A DNA stretch of 64,000 bases, taken from assembly GCF_009914755.1 (NCBI RefSeq), contig NC_060928.1; one strand, given 5' to 3'. Origin of the DNA: the human T2T-CHM13v2.0 reference genome, Homo sapiens. A model generated the notes under the pieces. That model did not search any database. It was not told the DNA's origin and saw only the letters and a program-made list of their open reading frames with translations. The position numbers were made by a program, and so were the translations under genes. Within the stretch, counting starts at the first letter, position 1. Each line of letters opens with the position of its first letter. Shown piece after piece: positions 30,411 to 47,314 of this stretch.

Positions 30411-31571
30411 TATATTTGAATATTTTAAACAGATAAAAGGCAGTAATTCTACATTGCATTTCTTTATTCATGCTCTTTGGGGCAAGGAAGCACCCTCTTA
30501 TGGTAAAGAATTTCTCCCAGATCGTCCTAAATTGATCCAACTCTGAGGCTTTCAGCCTTCCAAAGAATGAAATCAGTGCCTCCAGTGACATAAAGGCCAG
30601 GGGCTCCTTGTAGAATATTCATGGTACTCCAAGCTTTGCTGACCCTCTTAGCTTTATGAAAGAATACAGAGAATTATCAATCTTGATCACAGCCCCAGGT
30701 TTTTAAATATTTAAACTTTTAAGAAAATACTAAATATCTCTTTTTAATTCTCCAGTCACTTGTTTTTTTCTTATGATTTTATTTCAAAATAGTATAGATT
30801 TAGCTTTGCCAATTTGCTTTTAGGGTTTCAGTCTCCCACAGCTTAACATTTGGCCCTCTCTGGAACACATATCCCTTTCAAATATTGCCCGTGCGCTCAC
30901 CTTTTAAAGTATCATTAGGATTAAAATGTTATAATTTATAAGTAGTTGTACCACTAGGAAAAAGAATCTGATTACCCTGAAAAATTTATAGAAATAGGTT
31001 TGTAATAGCTTTAGGGACATGATTTTGACTTTAAGCGACCCAGAAAATGAGATGCTAGTCTATTTTTGAGAACTTCTAAAGGAGATTTCTAAATCTCCTC
31101 TGGTGGCAGCTTTACAGTGATATAAAAGAACCATTTGATAATCATTCCTAGAGGGATGAGACAAATGCTGAGAATCAGACAGAGGTTCAATCACAGGTAC
31201 CTCCAAACCCAACTTCCCAAATCACTGGAGCTGAGATGCCAAGGTTGGGGTGGGGTGTGGGGCTGAAATTTCTATTCTGAAACCACCACATTAACTAAAA
31301 CCAAACAGATAATTTTTTAAAGTCTCACTTTTTTGGACAAGATAGCTTAGATTTGCTGTCCATGTTGATCAGACTTCTTAAACTTCACAATTTCACTTGA
31401 ACTATTCAAGAATCATTGATGATTTTTTCCTAGAGTTTTAAAAAGTAAAGTCACTTGACTCAGTTGCTCCAAAAAGTCCAGTCAGAGGTTTAAGGCTAGT
31501 ATTGAAGGATAAGATATCAGCTGATACTAAATCATACTACTCTGAAAATACTATAGTTTAGGATTGCATGC

Positions 31572-31990
31572 TGTGGAAAAGATGATTAGCTGCCCTCTGA
31601 AATCCATTCTTCTCTTAGGCACACAGCTAGACTGCATTTCCCAGACAGACTCGCTTACAGTTAGGTGAAACATGAGCTCAAGTTCTATACTGAAATGTGA
31701 GCAGAAGGTCTGCCATTACTGGGCTGGGGTTCTTAAAAGAGTAGCCATGCCTCCTCCATGTTCTTTTTCTCTTTCTGCTAGAGAAAAAGGAATCCAGCAG
31801 TTCTAAAGTAACCCTGGGAGCTCCCTGCTGAAGACGGCAGAACTTCTGCCAGCCAGGTTTTCAAATGTCTGCATACAGAAGAGATACCTGCAACAAGGAT
31901 CTTGCCTCAGACTGATGTACGAGTAAGGAATGTGCTTATACTACATGTAAGTTTGGCTTTATTTATTAGTTTAACATATCTTAACTATGA
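31572..31990 (+). mobile_element. MLT1-type MaLR LTR
   Basis: CAGCTAGACTGCATTTCCCAG...AGTTAGGTG motif; approximate boundaries. Confidence 0.6.
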
Positions 31991-32288
31991 TATATGCCAT
32001 ATTTTAAAATTACACACTGTTACTAAAATCACATGGGAGCAGAGACATCTTAACTTCACTTTAGTGCTTTTTACTTTGCCAAAGGTGCTTTCACATGCAT
32101 TATTGCTTAGGAGTCTCACCACAACCTTTGAAAAATATTGGCTCTAAAAAAAAATTATATATATTTTTTCAAATATTACTGCAGTAAGATAACTTTAAAA
32201 GCCACAAGTTAAATTAAGAGAAATAAACATATTTTTCAAACTTTTGATATTTTGCAATAGAAAATTCCATGGAACTATAAAACGATCA

Positions 32289-32495
<207 letters not shown>

Positions 32496-34497
32496 CTAAT
32501 CCAGAGGCATAAGTGAGAAAAGGAATACAGTCATTATCCTTTCCCATATTTTCACACACCAAAGTTTTTATAGCTATTCCAGATACCTAGGGAGATTTCT
32601 GCAAATATTATCAATGAAAGGTTTTAAAAGAGCTTTGTTTTTAAAGTTAGTCATTAAACCTGGATTCTTTGGGTTTGCCTAATCATTGTGGAGCTTGTCA
32701 TATATCTGCAAAACTTCACTTAGTTGCCCAATATGAGATTTTATGCTACAGGTTGTATTCCAAAAATGTCTATTACTTTCACTCAATTCTCAACATCTTC
32801 AATAATTCCATATATTCTTTTTGTTTTCTAAATGTTGGATGCAAAATTTATTTACCCTTCTTCTCTGCATATGGTTCTCATGTCTCAGTATTCCACACTT
32901 AACTACTCTGTTTAATTCTCTTGGATCTTGGAATATAGAATAATGCTTACTCTTGATTTCCTAGAGGTTTTATTTTCTCCTTTTTTCTTTCTAATAAAAG
33001 TTCTATTTTGCTCCTGTATCTACCTCCTCTCCATATAATACGAGGAAGGTGATCTCCCCAAATTTAATGTAGACACTGATTAATTAATTTAATTCAGTCA
33101 TGGAAATCCCATTCTCCTTGACAGTGGCTGGTTTCAGAGCCAGCAGGTGACCCAGTTTTGGTCAGTGAGACCTGGGAGGCAATCAGCTAGAGATGGGAAC
33201 AGGATGGATGCTGCTGAGAAATTTTTTGTTGCTCTTAAGAAAACCTGAAGAAATGGTTACATTGCCTGCTTTATATGAATGTCGTAACTTAAATGGACAA
33301 CCCCTATTTCCTAGTATCCTGAAGATGAAACCAACATAAAGAATGGTCGGTGGGAGGGATGACACAACCCTGGGCCCGATGATATCATTGACCTGTAAGA
33401 TCAAGCAATCCTCAACTCCGTGTTGTGTGAAATCACATAAATGTTTTATCCAGTTTAAGTGGTGATTGTCAGTTAGCTGGACATCTGGTCTTTAGTAATG
33501 TCTATAACTAAATTTTATTAATCACTGCTTACAGCTATCCTTTTGATAGTTGACTGTTTTGCCACTTATATCCATGTGTAGGCACTTTTCCTGTTTTTGT
33601 TCAAATCACTACCAAAAAAAAAAAAGAAAAAAAAAAACCTGTGTGATCAAATTGATATTTCAAACCTTACTTTTCCTTTTGGATTTAAGAATTCCTATCC
33701 CTTCCAGCTCAGACTTTTAAAAAAGGAAAATTCTTTTTTGACATCTTAATTCCTATTTTTTTCATGCTTTACAATACTGCAAAGAAAACGATACAATAGG
33801 TAATGCGTCTGAAACGGAGGTTACACATGTACTTACCTTCTTTTTCTCTTAAAAATTTCCTTTTGAAGTTTTCTTTTTTTTGCAAGGATTCAGATATACT
33901 TCTCCTACCTAACAGTAGCTCTTGAACAAAAAAGGAAATTGGAGGTTCTATTCACTTAAGCCATGTGTCAATTTGACAGTAAGTAGGCTTAGGGAGAATG
34001 AATAAAATCTCCACATGATTTTCTTTAGAAAGGAAAACCAAAACATTAATTGTTTATATAAGAAGAAAAAGATGTAGATGGCTGAAATTAATGAAGCCAG
34101 TTGGATTCTGTTAGTTTCTGCAGAAGGCTTCAGCATGTCTGAACAGAATTTCTGTTCATGCGTATTGGCACTACGCTTTTATTCTCAGGTATTACAGCTT
34201 TGCTGACACCCCACTGTTGTGTTTTCGACATGAACAAGATGAAGCCAGATAGAAAATTTGAGATTTTTTAAGATTTATTTTTAATTTTTTAGAAAAGCAA
34301 TATTTATCTTTAGGTCTTTGGTGGAGAAAGGCAAGGGATTATTTTTCTCATCCATTATCAGGTTAAGAACTGGGTAATTTTTCAAATGAAAGAGTTCAAA
34401 GGATGAATCTACAAGACAGGGTCTAATGCTTTGGCTGTGTAGAAATGACATTTTTCACTTTTCCTCCTTTACTATAACAACGTAGTCCTTATTCTAG

Positions 34498-34728
<231 letters not shown>

Positions 34729-34982
34729 TAAACTATGGTTTATTTAAGCGTAACAGTCCTTAGAGATAGGGAGTTTACCTTCCTCCCTGGGAAGCTCAAT
34801 ATGAGAGAAATAAAATAACAGTTTATAAATTATAGAGTCAAGACTGGATTCTAATTTTGACTAATCCCAAAGAAATGTATTTCCCAGGGCAAATCTTTAG
34901 TCAATAAGTGCATTTCAGAAAAAAAAAAAAAATGACTAGCAACATTCATTTATTTTGTTTAAATCTTATTTGAATATATTGA

Positions 34983-35122
34983 CCCACTTATGCCTAGTGT
35001 TCCATTATTGGAATACTAAGCACGTGAGAGTTATTTATATCCTACTGTTCAAGGTCATTGCCAAGGTCTAATTTTTAACTCATGCAAAAATTCAAAATAT
35101 TGCAACCTCTGGCATAAATGGG
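34983..35122 (+). mobile_element. MER85 (piggyBac/PGBD3-derived MITE), HPGD intron 3
   Basis: 140 bp; TIRs CCCACTTATGCC...GGCATAAATGGG; flanks TTGA/TTAA; internal palindrome GTTCCATTATTGGAAT at 34999-35014. Confidence 0.9.
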
Positions 35123-35335
35123 TTAAGGAATTCAACATATATTAGTTAAATGTCAAAATTAGACTGTAAGTTCCACATCAGTGGGGATGAACATATTTAG
35201 GTTTACAGAAACTTCAGAAAGTTACAAAACTACATGACAGAATTACCATTCCAATCAATATTCAAAGTTAAGTTTACCTCTGCCCAATTGCCAGCATGAG
35301 TGTTGATAGTTTTGCAAAGACTCATTCTTTCCTGA

Positions 35336-35648
<313 letters not shown>

Positions 35649-38189
35649 TGCTGAACATTTCTTCTGTGTTCTGAACAGCAATACATAATGCTGCTGTTGT
35701 TGGCTTCAGACTAAGGAGGAAGTATAAAATAGCCTAATGGAAACCAAAGACTGGGAAAAGGTTTAGTGGGAAGAAGGATGAGATCAGCAAAGTGAAAAGT
35801 AAGGAGTAAATTTGATAAGGAGTAAAAGTAGAAGGACAGATGATACCGTTTGGAAGAACTAATGTATTTGGAAAGCAATGTACTGAGACATAGAAGTGAA
35901 TACTCTCATGTATGCAAAATATCATATACAGGTAATGGCAGGTGACCCAGTAACTATTAACTAACATCTGTAAGGACACAAGACAATAGTTTTCTGCCTT
36001 GAAAGAACTTGTGGTTTACTAGCATGAATAGCATGAATTATGTATATATTTAAATAATTCTAATAAAATTAAAAAACTGGTAAGCCCTATGAAAATGGTA
36101 TAAATATGTTGTATAATATTTTAGAAGAAGGAGAGATATATGGTAAAGTCTTTTAAGAGGTTACTCTCTGACATGAGCAGTAATACAGAAAAACATGCAA
36201 AAGAACAAACATGGAATTGTATAAGACCCAAGGAGGCAAATTAAATCCAGAGCAGAGTTTCAAAAAAGAGTTATATAAACTACACACAAATATTTGCATT
36301 ACAGTAACAGAGATAATCAAGTTGGAAGTTAAATTATTGGTCAGATTCTACTCTTGCAACGGGTTTAGGTAGGAGGGGAAGTAACATATTTTTAAGTAAT
36401 ACATTGGTAACAAAGGTTCCATGGTGTTTTCTTTATGTAAACATATATCATCAGTTCCTGATGTGAAGCTGAAAAGTGGCCTATGTCAGCAGAGTCCCAA
36501 GAAAAATAAAGGCTGGATAAATTTCAATGGAGAAGGAACTAGGCCTGTTAGTTATAACTAAAGGATCACAATAAAATTCCCCTGGTCTTCCAGAATTTCC
36601 TATTTGCCCATGATATTGGCACTTTCCAGCTCAGAGCAGGTATTCACACAGGCTACATTAAAGCAAACATGCCCTCTCAGCTGGATGAAGACATCAGTCG
36701 AATTCTGTAACTTCGTAATATTTGCCTCAATATTTCCATGTTTCTTTACGTTAGCTGTAATCATTGCACACTGTTTCTGACAGCTGATTTTTCAGAGAAA
36801 AGACACAGCAAGTGTCCATTAGGAAGTCACCAAATACAGGAACTATATACTCTATTAATTTTATCTGTAAAAATATCTGTAGATATTACCGATGAAGCTA
36901 TTACAAATATCAGTAGTAATGTTAAAGAGAGAAAGCTGTTGTGCAATTTGTGCTTTTTCACTGGGATAGCCTGGTTCAAAGAAAATCTCGTCATTTAATG
37001 TGGTTTTGGAAAGTGGCATGAGTCTATATTCTTAAAAATCCTTGCAGTTCCCAATTAGCCATATTTTCAAAATTTTTGTTTTATCAGGCTACCAAAAGAT
37101 GTAATGAAATACAACTCTTAATAAGTCAGGGGTATCCTCCAAAGAGTAAATATAAAATGCATATTTTTTTTTTTTACCAGCATAAGAAAATTAAAGCTAT
37201 ATAATGCATTTAGGGAAGGAATAGAAAAAGAATAAAAACAAAAAGAAAACAGTAAATATTAAAGTATAAAACGGAAGAGTAAAAATAAATGGCTTAAACT
37301 CACAAATATTAAAAAGGCAGATGTTCCCAGTTGTGTCTAACTACAGATTAGAGGATTCTAAGATCTCACAATAAACCATCAGCAACAACAAATTTAACAT
37401 AAAAGGTTGCTTATATTTTTAAAATAAAGTAATGGAAAAAGGTAGGTGAATGTGAATCCAAAGAAAATGATAGGGTACTAATTTTATATCTGAAAATATA
37501 GAATAGATTAAAAAATCATCAGACAGCAAATCAGAAGTTTAACTTTAAAAAAAATTTAAAAATCAATAAATTGCAATCATTAGCAACTTATGCTCTGAAT
37601 ATTATAGATTTATAATATATAGAGTCTAAACTTACAGAATTACTAAAAGAGGTAGGCAGACTGCCATTTGCCATTTGAGATAAGAATGCCTCTGTTGAGA
37701 AATGAACAGATCAAGGACATAAAAGGAAGCCAGGATATAGATGACACCCAAACCAAATAAGAACATTATAAGAAAAGAAAATTAAGGATAGTACAATTTA
37801 TAAGTACAGAAGCACAAATACTAAATTAGGAATTAAAAAAATTCAATGGTATATTAAACATTCATATATCATAATAATGGAAGATTTAGCCAAGAGATGT
37901 AAGTATGATTCACAGACAGAATATCTCATTTCAATACATTTCTACCCTAAAGTAGAAGAAGATCACAGAACTGTCTCAACTCAGGAAAATCAGCTATCAG
38001 GTCTCTCCAAACACATGTATGTATATTTGCAATTAGAATCCCAAAAAGATTTTGAGGGAAGCTTGACAGTTTCAAGTTATTTTCAAATATAATGAAAGAG
38101 GTACACTGGAGAAAAAGTTTTAAAAGAACTGCAAGGAGGGTATCCATACTGTAAAATAGAACCTTCCTTCTTAATTAAAAGATTTTAGG

Positions 38190-40395
38190 TAAAATTCAAC
38201 ATCTTTTCATGTTAAAAAATCCTCAACAACATAGGCATCGAAGTAACATAAAGCAAACATCTTACTGAGTGGGAAAAAGCTGGAAGCATTCGCCTTGAGA
38301 GCTGAAACAAGACAAGGATACCCACTCTCACCACTCATATTCAACATAGTACTGGAAATCCAAGCCAGAGCAATCTGGCAAGAGAAAGGAATAAAGGGCA
38401 TCTAAATAAGAAGAGAGGAAGTCAAACTATCTTTTTTTGCAAACGGTATGATTCTATACATAGAAAACACCATAGTCTCTGCCCAAAGTTTCCTAGAACT
38501 GATAAACAATTTAAGTTACGTTTCAGGATACATAACCAATGTACAAAAATCAGTAATGTTTCCAAACACCAATAATGTCCAAGCTAAGAGGCAAATCAAG
38601 AATGCAATCCCATTTACAACAACCACAAAAAGAATAAAATACCTATGAATACAGCTCACCAGCAAGGTGAAAGATCTCTACAATGAGAATTGTAAAACAC
38701 TACTGAAAGGAATCAGAGATGTCATTATTAAATGAAAACACATTCCATGTTCATGGATAGGAAGAATCAATATTGTTAAAATGGCCATACTGCTCAAAGC
38801 AATTTACAGATTCAATGCTATTCCTATCAAACTACCATCATCATTTCCACAGAATTAAAAAAAACAATTTTCAAATTCATATGGAATCCAAAAAGAGTCA
38901 GAATAGTCAAAGCAATTCTAAGTAAAATGAACAAAGCTGGAGGCATCACACTATTCGACTTCAAACTATACAAGGCTACAGTAACCCAAACAGCACGGTA
39001 CTGGTACAAAAACAGATATATAGACCAATGGAACAGCATGGAGAAGCCAGAAATAAGGCTGTACACCTACAATCATCTGATCTTTGACAAAATTGACAAA
39101 AACGAGCATGGGGAAAGGATGCACTATTCAATAAATTGTGCTGGGATAACCAGGTAGCCATATGCAGAAGATTGAAACTGGACCCCTTCCTTACACCATA
39201 TGTAAAACCTAAAACTATACAAATTCTAGAAGAAAACACAAAGCACCCCATTCTGAAGACATGCCATGGCAAAGATCTCATGATGAAGTCTCCAAAAGCA
39301 ATTGCAACAAAACCAAAAATAGATGGGACCTAATTAAACTAAAGAGCTTCTGCACAGCAAAAGAAACTATCAAAGCAGTAAGCAGATAACCTACAGAACT
39401 GGAGAAAATATTTGCAAACTATGGATCTGACAAAGGTCTAATATACAGATTATATAAGGAACTTGAGCAAATCAACAAGCAAAAACCAAACAACCCCATT
39501 AAAAAAAGGGCAAAGGACATAAAGAGACTTCTGTGAATACTTCTCAGAAGAGGACAGACACATGGCCAACAAACATAAAAAATGCTCAATATCACTAATC
39601 ATCAGAGAAATGCAAATCAGAACCACAATGAAATACAATTTCACAGCGATCAGAATGGCTATCATTAAGAAGTAAAAAATAAATAAATAATGGATGTTGG
39701 CTTGGCGAGGCTGTAGAGAAAAGGGAACACTTATATGCTGCTGGTAAGAAAGTAAACTAGTCAGACACCATGGAAAGCATTTTGGAGCTTTTCTCGAAGA
39801 ACTTAAAACAGAACTACCATTCAACCCAGCAACCCCATTACTGGGTATATACCCAAAGGAACATAAATCATTCTACCAAGAAAGACACAGCACTAATAGG
39901 GTCATCGCAACACTATTCACAATAGCAAAGACGGAATCAACCTAGATGCCCATCAACGGGGGACTGGATAAAGAATACGGGTAGGTATACAGCATGAAAC
40001 ACCACACACCCATAAAAAAGGAAATCATGTTGGTTGCAGCAACATGGATGCAGCTGGAGAGCATTATCCTAAGCAAATTAATGCAGGAACAGAAAATCAA
40101 ATACCTCATGTTCTCACTTACAAACAGGAACAAAACATTAAGCACATATGGATACAAAGGGGAACAATAGTCCCCAAGGTCTACTTGAGGATGAAGGGTG
40201 GGAGAAGGGTGAGAGTGGGAAAACTATCTATGGGTTGCTATGACCACTATCTGGGTGATGAAATCATCTGTACACCAAACCCCAGTGACACACGATTTAC
40301 TCAGGTAACAAATCTGCACATGTACACCCTGAACCTAAAATAAAAGTTGGAAAAGAAAAGCCAACAAAAATAATTGAAAAATTTAAAAAACTAAA
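38190..40395 (+). mobile_element. 5'-truncated L1 (older L1PA-like), antisense in HPGD intron 3
   Basis: ORF2 RT and C-terminal fragments ([34 protein letters not shown]), 3'UTR and A-rich tail. An older L1M remnant lies at ~37100-38190. Confidence 0.93.
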
Positions 40396-41114
40396 AGAAA
40401 ACTGTATTTTAGTTATCTGTCAAGTTTAGGGAGCAATTTTGTACTCTTCTCAAGGTAGGACTTACAGATTTGGCTCTTTTGTGAAGAAGTGTCATCCTCA
40501 TTGCCTCTATCAAGTTATTATAGCAGTTAGGTAATTACTCATGGGCATTTCAATTTAAGTAAAAAATGTATTGACTAAGCACTATCTTCAAGATATTATG
40601 TTGATTACTGAGAGAGAGACAAAGAAAAACACAACCCAGTTCTTGTTTTTATGGAGTTTATAATCTACTAGGAGGATATCATGAAGTAGGAGGTCACTCC
40701 CTGTACCTTTATACATACACAGTGGCCAAATTGTACTCTACAATTACCTGCCTTGTAAGATTGGTGAGAATGACCTTAGCAAGGTCAGGGAGACCCCAGG
40801 CACAGCCTATTTGACATTTAGTTTTAGTTAACGTTTGATTTTTACTAAACTCCAATATCTTATGTCAAGGGTATTTATAGAATGAGGTAACCCATAAACT
40901 CATGACTTAATGGATAAAAGAGAAAATTTTATTTCTTAATTCTACCATTTTTAAGAGCTAAGTCATTATCAAACATTATGGAAATCACACACACACACGA
41001 ACCACGAACTTTCAGGATAAAAAGTCCTACTAATTACAAAGTTCGATTGTCACTTTAATTTTGTTTTCTGTTACATTCTAGCATTTAATTAAGATTTACT
41101 TTTAAATAAATAAG

Positions 41115-41432
41115 TCAGCGGTTGACGAGCTTTTTCTGTAAAGGGCCAGATTGTAAATATTTTAGTCATTGAATGCCACAGGATCTTTTACAAATATTAA
41201 ACTTTGCCCCTGTAGCATGAAAATAGCCAATGACAATTCTTAAATGAATGACTGTGGCTGTGTTCCAATAAAACTTTATGGACACTGAAAGTTGAATTTC
41301 ATATAATCATATTATTCTTCTTTTGAATTTATCCACCATTTAGAAATGTAAAATGGTATTTTTAGCTTGCAGGTCATACCAAAAGAGTTGGCAGGCTATT
41401 TTGGCCTGTGGGTCATAGTCTGCCAATCCCTG
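41115..41432 (+). mobile_element. MER58-type hAT-Charlie MITE
   Basis: CAGCGGTTGAC...TTTTTCTGTAAAGGGCCAGAT...GTCTGCCAATCCCTG with imperfect TIRs. Confidence 0.75.
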
Positions 41433-41643
41433 AGTTAAGCAATCATTTATATTTTATTCATGCTTCTTTCTAATATTTTAAGATAGACTTACTTTCATAA
41501 TTAAATGTCTTCCTTTTTATAAAAGAAAATGCTTTTATCCAGCTTTCTGTAACTTCCCTTTTTCAATATTGTAGGTCATTGTTTTGTTTCCATGACTCCA
41601 AGAACCTTTTTTTCTTTACAAACATCATGTTATTAAATAATTA

Positions 41644-41784
<141 letters not shown>

Positions 41785-42802
41785 TTATAAAACAAGATAT
41801 TAGTGATACATTCTTATTTTCCATGTATACATTTAAATCATGTCCTATGCCATGAGAGGAATTTCAGTTTATTTACCCTCATAGTGAAAGTTACTAAACT
41901 CATGGGCTGAGTGTAATTAATTCCTTGTTTCTCAATGTGTGGTTTGTGGACTAGAAGCATCAATCTGGCAGCTTGGTAAGAATGCAGAATTTTGCAGACA
42001 CCACAGACTAACTGAATAAGAATCTTAACTTTAACATATTCTTACATGATTTGTATGCACATTGAAGTTCTATAAGCAGTAACTTAATGGGGTACATTTT
42101 AGAGAACTGAGCTAAGATCCTAAGCTAAGAGCTCGTTGAAGTCAGTTAGAGCAAGCAATGTCTCTTAGTCCCTGAGAAGCTACTGAAGCTCTGTAGCTTA
42201 GACTATTGGTAAACATCCTTTTCCATAAGCCATATTAAATTCATAAAGTGTTATGTTAATACAAATATTCTTGTGTATTCAGATCTATTATGCATGTTTG
42301 GGGGAGTTTTTATATCTTAGTAAAAGTCTACTTTTCATTCAGTTGATTTTATTTGATTACTGAAACTTCGATGTTTACTATTTCCTTCTTCTTTCTCACT
42401 ATTATTACTACTTCAGATTACTAGGATTACTAGTTTGTATAAAACTATGTTCAAACAGGATAAAGTTGGCATGGATTCTGAGGCCTGAATGTCTTTCATT
42501 ACACTGTCCAATCACATGTCTATTGTTTCTCAAAGCAGCCTTTGACAGAGTTCTAATTGATTTAAACTGTTTCCCCGGGCCTTTGATCATTCATTCTACT
42601 TCTATTATTTTACACTATGGATAAAAATTGTGGTTGTTTTTCTACATGACGGAAATATATTCTCAGGTGTCCAGACCAACATATCAAGTCCTTAAAAAAA
42701 GTAGGTCAGCATAAGCTTTATTTTGATTGAAATAAATTCATATAATCATTAACAACCACCAGACATATTGGGGAAGACATGGATTAATCAGTTGCCATAT
42801 AG

Positions 42803-43670
<868 letters not shown>

Positions 43671-45590
43671 TTTTTTCATGGAATCTTAAAAATGTTTCTT
43701 AAAATCTCAAATTGGGTCCAGAAAATGTCCCCCAGTATTTTTTTTTTCTCCTTCCATTCTGAGTATGTTCTAACTCTTCATAACTCCACAGAAACAACCT
43801 TCACCTTTTGGAAAATGAGGGTGTTAAATATGTATGTCTAATTGCCGCTTTAATTTTCTTTCCTCATTCTGTTCTCCACCGTATTCCTTATACTCTGCCC
43901 TTACCAATGTATAGTATACCATCTTGTTTTCTGACATCCCATTGAATTCCAGGCTCAAGCAACAGACAGTCTACCTCTTGCTGACATTTATATGCTATGG
44001 TACTCTTTGTAACTTACCTAAACTCTCTTGGCTGTGATTTGTTCATTTGGAAAATAAGTTATGTTTAGATTATCTCCAAGAAACTTTTCATCTCATATTT
44101 TTATAATTTCCACACTGTCTAAACAATTTTAAAAGTTATAGGCAACATTAAATCCTGAAACTGGAAGAATCAATGTCATGTTTCCTTTAGATGCAAGCAA
44201 ATGCTCATGTCCAGACAACATGTGGATTTCTCATGACCAACATGCCTTCCCGGGTCACTTATGTGTCTGAGTATTTTTCCTCCTCCACAATCATTTATCC
44301 TTAAGGAATGAGTTTATAGCCAAGGTATTAATTTTAAATACTGGGAAAAAAACAATTGTAGTTAAATGTCATTTATGAAACTATATAAATTGAGACAGAA
44401 ATGGCTTTCAGATTGTTTATACTGTTCCTTATGCCATCAGCATGAATGTTGAGATCTGACCTGGCTCTATCCTTGATCCAAAATATCATGTGCAATCAAC
44501 ATAATTGTCCTCTGGTACAATATGTTCCTCTTGCATTGTGTTTACAAATCTGTTCTGCTCATGCTTGTCATCTGTGTTATAGGTCTTTATTAGCATTTTC
44601 AGATTTCAGTTATGTAATTTCCTTTACAATTTCTCTTAACTGTTGGTACACCACTTCCTTCTAACACGTCAGTTCATTTTCATTCTCTTACAGAATATTT
44701 TAAAATTTTAAAATAAATGTACATTTGATGTCCCTTTAAGAACAGGAGCACTGGAATAAGATTTGCAAAAGTTTTCAGACCCCTTGATTAAAAAGTGCCT
44801 TACAATTTACTCAGTCTCTTTGAATAAAACTTTGTGAAATACAAATATTTTACTTTTCTAGTTTTTCTCCAGAATTTTTGTTTCCTGTAAGTTTATTGGG
44901 GCACTCTCAAGTTCTCCAATAGATGTACAAAAAAAAAAAAAACAGCTTTATAATCAAAGCTGTTTATTGTGTATGCCAATATTGTCCCTGATACTTCACA
45001 AGTAGATTGGTCTATTTTAAGTGAGTAGCCGGAAACAGGAAAACATTGAGGAAAGGCTGATAGAGATGTTTCTACTACAATTCTAACATTGTATACTTTA
45101 TTATGATTACTATTATTATTATTTTAAAGTACTGTCTCATTGGGGAAAAAGCCGGAGAAAACATATGGTCAAAAGCATCTAGCACTTCTGTGATGATGCT
45201 CCTTGAACTTGTATTCTGATATGTTTAAACGAAAAACACTGCCACATTTGATTGTCATTGGACTCCAGCTTTCTGGGAGAAGTTGTTTGTCAACAGTACC
45301 TTACTTAACCTACTTTAATTTTCCAAGTTTTGTCTGCAATTTCAATCATTTAATAATTACTGCAGCAGCACTGTCTTTGAATACATAAAGGAATTTTGAT
45401 TACATTAATGCTGCCAAATGACTACAATAAAAGGATTTCTCCAGCAGTCTTGCCTTTCTTTCGGTTTTACAGCTATTGGGCTGTCAGAAGGAAACGTATC
45501 AGTCCAAACTGTCTTTTGGAGCTTCAAGGTAGCTGCTCTCGAGGAGGCAGCGGAGGCGGCACCCAGGGCCCCCTGGCCGGGCTGCCTTCA

Positions 45591-45770
<180 letters not shown>

Positions 45771-45773
45771 CTA

Positions 45774-46430
<657 letters not shown>

Positions 46431-47137
46431 GCAGCTGACAGAAGAAAAGTTAAAAGGTTATTTCTGAAGAAGAGTTTCCTTCAGTGCCCTAAAGACCAAC
46501 TGGATAGAAGGAGAGCGGAGCAGAGGCTTGGAAGCTTGGATCCCTCCTCCTGCACTCCCTCCCGGCCCCGACTCCGGAACAAAACAAGCAAACAATAAAG
46601 CAAACTCGTTGCTCTTTTGTCTCAAAGTTTTGTGTGAGTTCCCATCTCGTAATCAGTGGGGTTGAGGGTGACGGGGAGCAGAAGTAACTAATATCATTGT
46701 GTTTTCTTAGTTACATTTTGGACAAATTTTTACGGATACTGGAGATGAGAAGTGGACTCTGCTCTGTCCTGAAAACCTGGAATCATAACATTTCATGGCT
46801 AGGACTAGAGTGTCCTTGGCGCTGTGTTTCTGGTCAGTGTCAATTGTGTGTCATATTGAGATGCCCCCACAAAAACTGTCATCATCAACAGGCGCTCCAG
46901 AGCCGCTGGTAGCCTACCAAATTGTTGGCTCAATGGAATGCTTACTTGTTGAAATACACCAACTTTGGAAGCTCTGAGTCAAGTTTGGGACAGAGGTTCC
47001 TTGCTCTCCAGGAACTCCAGGGCTAGCTGTATGCGGACTTGCATAAATAACAAGGGCTATTCCACTGACTTTGTCTCTTTTTCTCAGGTTGTCAGCGGCA
47101 GGCTGCAATTTTAATTCTGTAAACGTAAGTGGTTGGC

Positions 47138-47314
47138 TTTTTTTTTTTTTTTTTTTTTTTAATCTTGAGACAAGATCTCGCTCTGTCTGTTTGGCTAGAA
47201 TGCAGTGGCATAATCCCAGCTCGCTGCAACCTCAATCTCCAGGGCTCAAGCGACCCTCCCACCTTGGACTCCCAAAGAGTGCTAAGATTACAGGCATGAG
47301 CCACTATGCCCAGC
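47138..47314 (-). mobile_element. Monomeric Alu (left-arm 5' part joined to right-arm 3' part)
   Basis: ~150-bp body plus T23 tail, ~1 kb upstream of the HPGD ATG. Confidence 0.85.

Noticed and set aside
34140-34159. Hairpin TGAACAGAA-T-TTCTGTTCA as a hormone-response element or small RNA
   Set aside because: 9-bp arms can occur by chance in 64 kb, and the spacing does not fit the 3-bp steroid-receptor palindrome.
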